A stretch of 64,000 nucleotides of DNA, taken from Crassostrea angulata. Its lineage: Eukaryota. The stretch is from contig NC_069116.1 of the NCBI RefSeq assembly GCF_025612915.1, forward strand, positions 24,707,051 through 24,771,050, given 5' to 3'. Within the stretch, counting starts at the first letter, position 1. Each line of letters begins with the position of its first letter. The notes below the pieces were generated by a model. That model worked only from the letters and a program-made list of their open reading frames with translations. It did no database searches and was not told where the DNA came from. The position numbers and the translations under genes are program-made. Below are positions 63,758 to 64,000 of this stretch, in pieces.

Positions 63758-63839
63758 ACTGAACGAGTTACTGGATGGGGGACTGTATACATCAGAAGTC
63801 ACAGAGATTGCTGGGGAAATTTCTTCAGGTAAAACACAG
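63758..63839 (+). CDS. RAD51D: RAD51D exon 3 with Walker A (KLNELLDGGLYTSEVTEIAGEISSGKTQ); the gene continues past the window end
   Basis: Matches human [27 protein letters not shown]. Acceptor gttttag|A at 63757 (completes the split codon), donor CAG|GTAAGA at 63840. Confidence 0.7.
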
Positions 63840-64000
63840 GTAAGAATTTAACCCAGGATGCAGCCTAAACTTGTCATATACTTGGAACCAATATTTGAGA
63901 TACAGAAATTTTTCTGTAATATGTGTTTCATATATGTATTATGATATCAAAACATTCTTTATATATTGAAGTGCATATTTTATGATTATTCATTTTATGC

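Overview
This window is eukaryotic genomic DNA, not prokaryotic: genes are split by GT-AG introns, TATA boxes and an AATAAA poly(A) signal are present, and there are dinucleotide microsatellites, minisatellites and many small transposon-like repeats. The AT-rich composition, long homopolymer G/C runs and the actin sequences suggest an invertebrate, possibly a mollusc-like lophotrochozoan, but this is inference only.

Gene content from 5' to 3':
- Plus strand: a multi-exon gene of uncertain family, ending at 3995.
- Plus strand: a four-exon p24/TMED (emp24/GOLD) cargo-receptor gene, 5098-7486.
- Minus strand: a head-to-tail tandem array of four two-exon actin genes, 10.6-24.8 kb. Two are canonical cytoplasmic-type actins and two are strongly divergent. 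The fourth canonical copy carries a one-base frameshift in its C-terminus.
- Minus strand: a tandem trio of paralogous type-II-membrane proteins with an FkbM-type (Methyltransf_21) SAM-methyltransferase domain, METTL24-like, 27.9-39.5 kb. Each has an uninterrupted coding sequence.
- A head-to-head pair of mitochondrial ribosomal protein genes: MRPL44 on the minus strand (52.5-57.2 kb) and MRPL57/MRP63 on the plus strand (58.2-61.7 kb), about 1 kb apart.
- Plus strand: the first three exons of RAD51D, from 62785 to the window edge.

Intergenic and intronic DNA carries at least eight repeat families:
- TIR-bearing MITE-like elements.
- A 570-bp repeat carrying CRE-like palindromes (CRE-like means TGACGTCA-type).
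- A roughly 400-bp dispersed repeat, one copy inside an actin intron.
- A SINE-like element with a perfect internal hairpin.
- A 1.1-kb 24-bp minisatellite.
- A roughly 4-kb foldback-like element whose termini are inverted arrays of a 42-bp minisatellite.
- Several long perfect palindromes.

The observations most worth a second look are the divergent actin paralogs, the intronless-coding methyltransferase trio, the MITE that appears to supply the 3' splice site of the last MRPL44 exon, and the foldback element.
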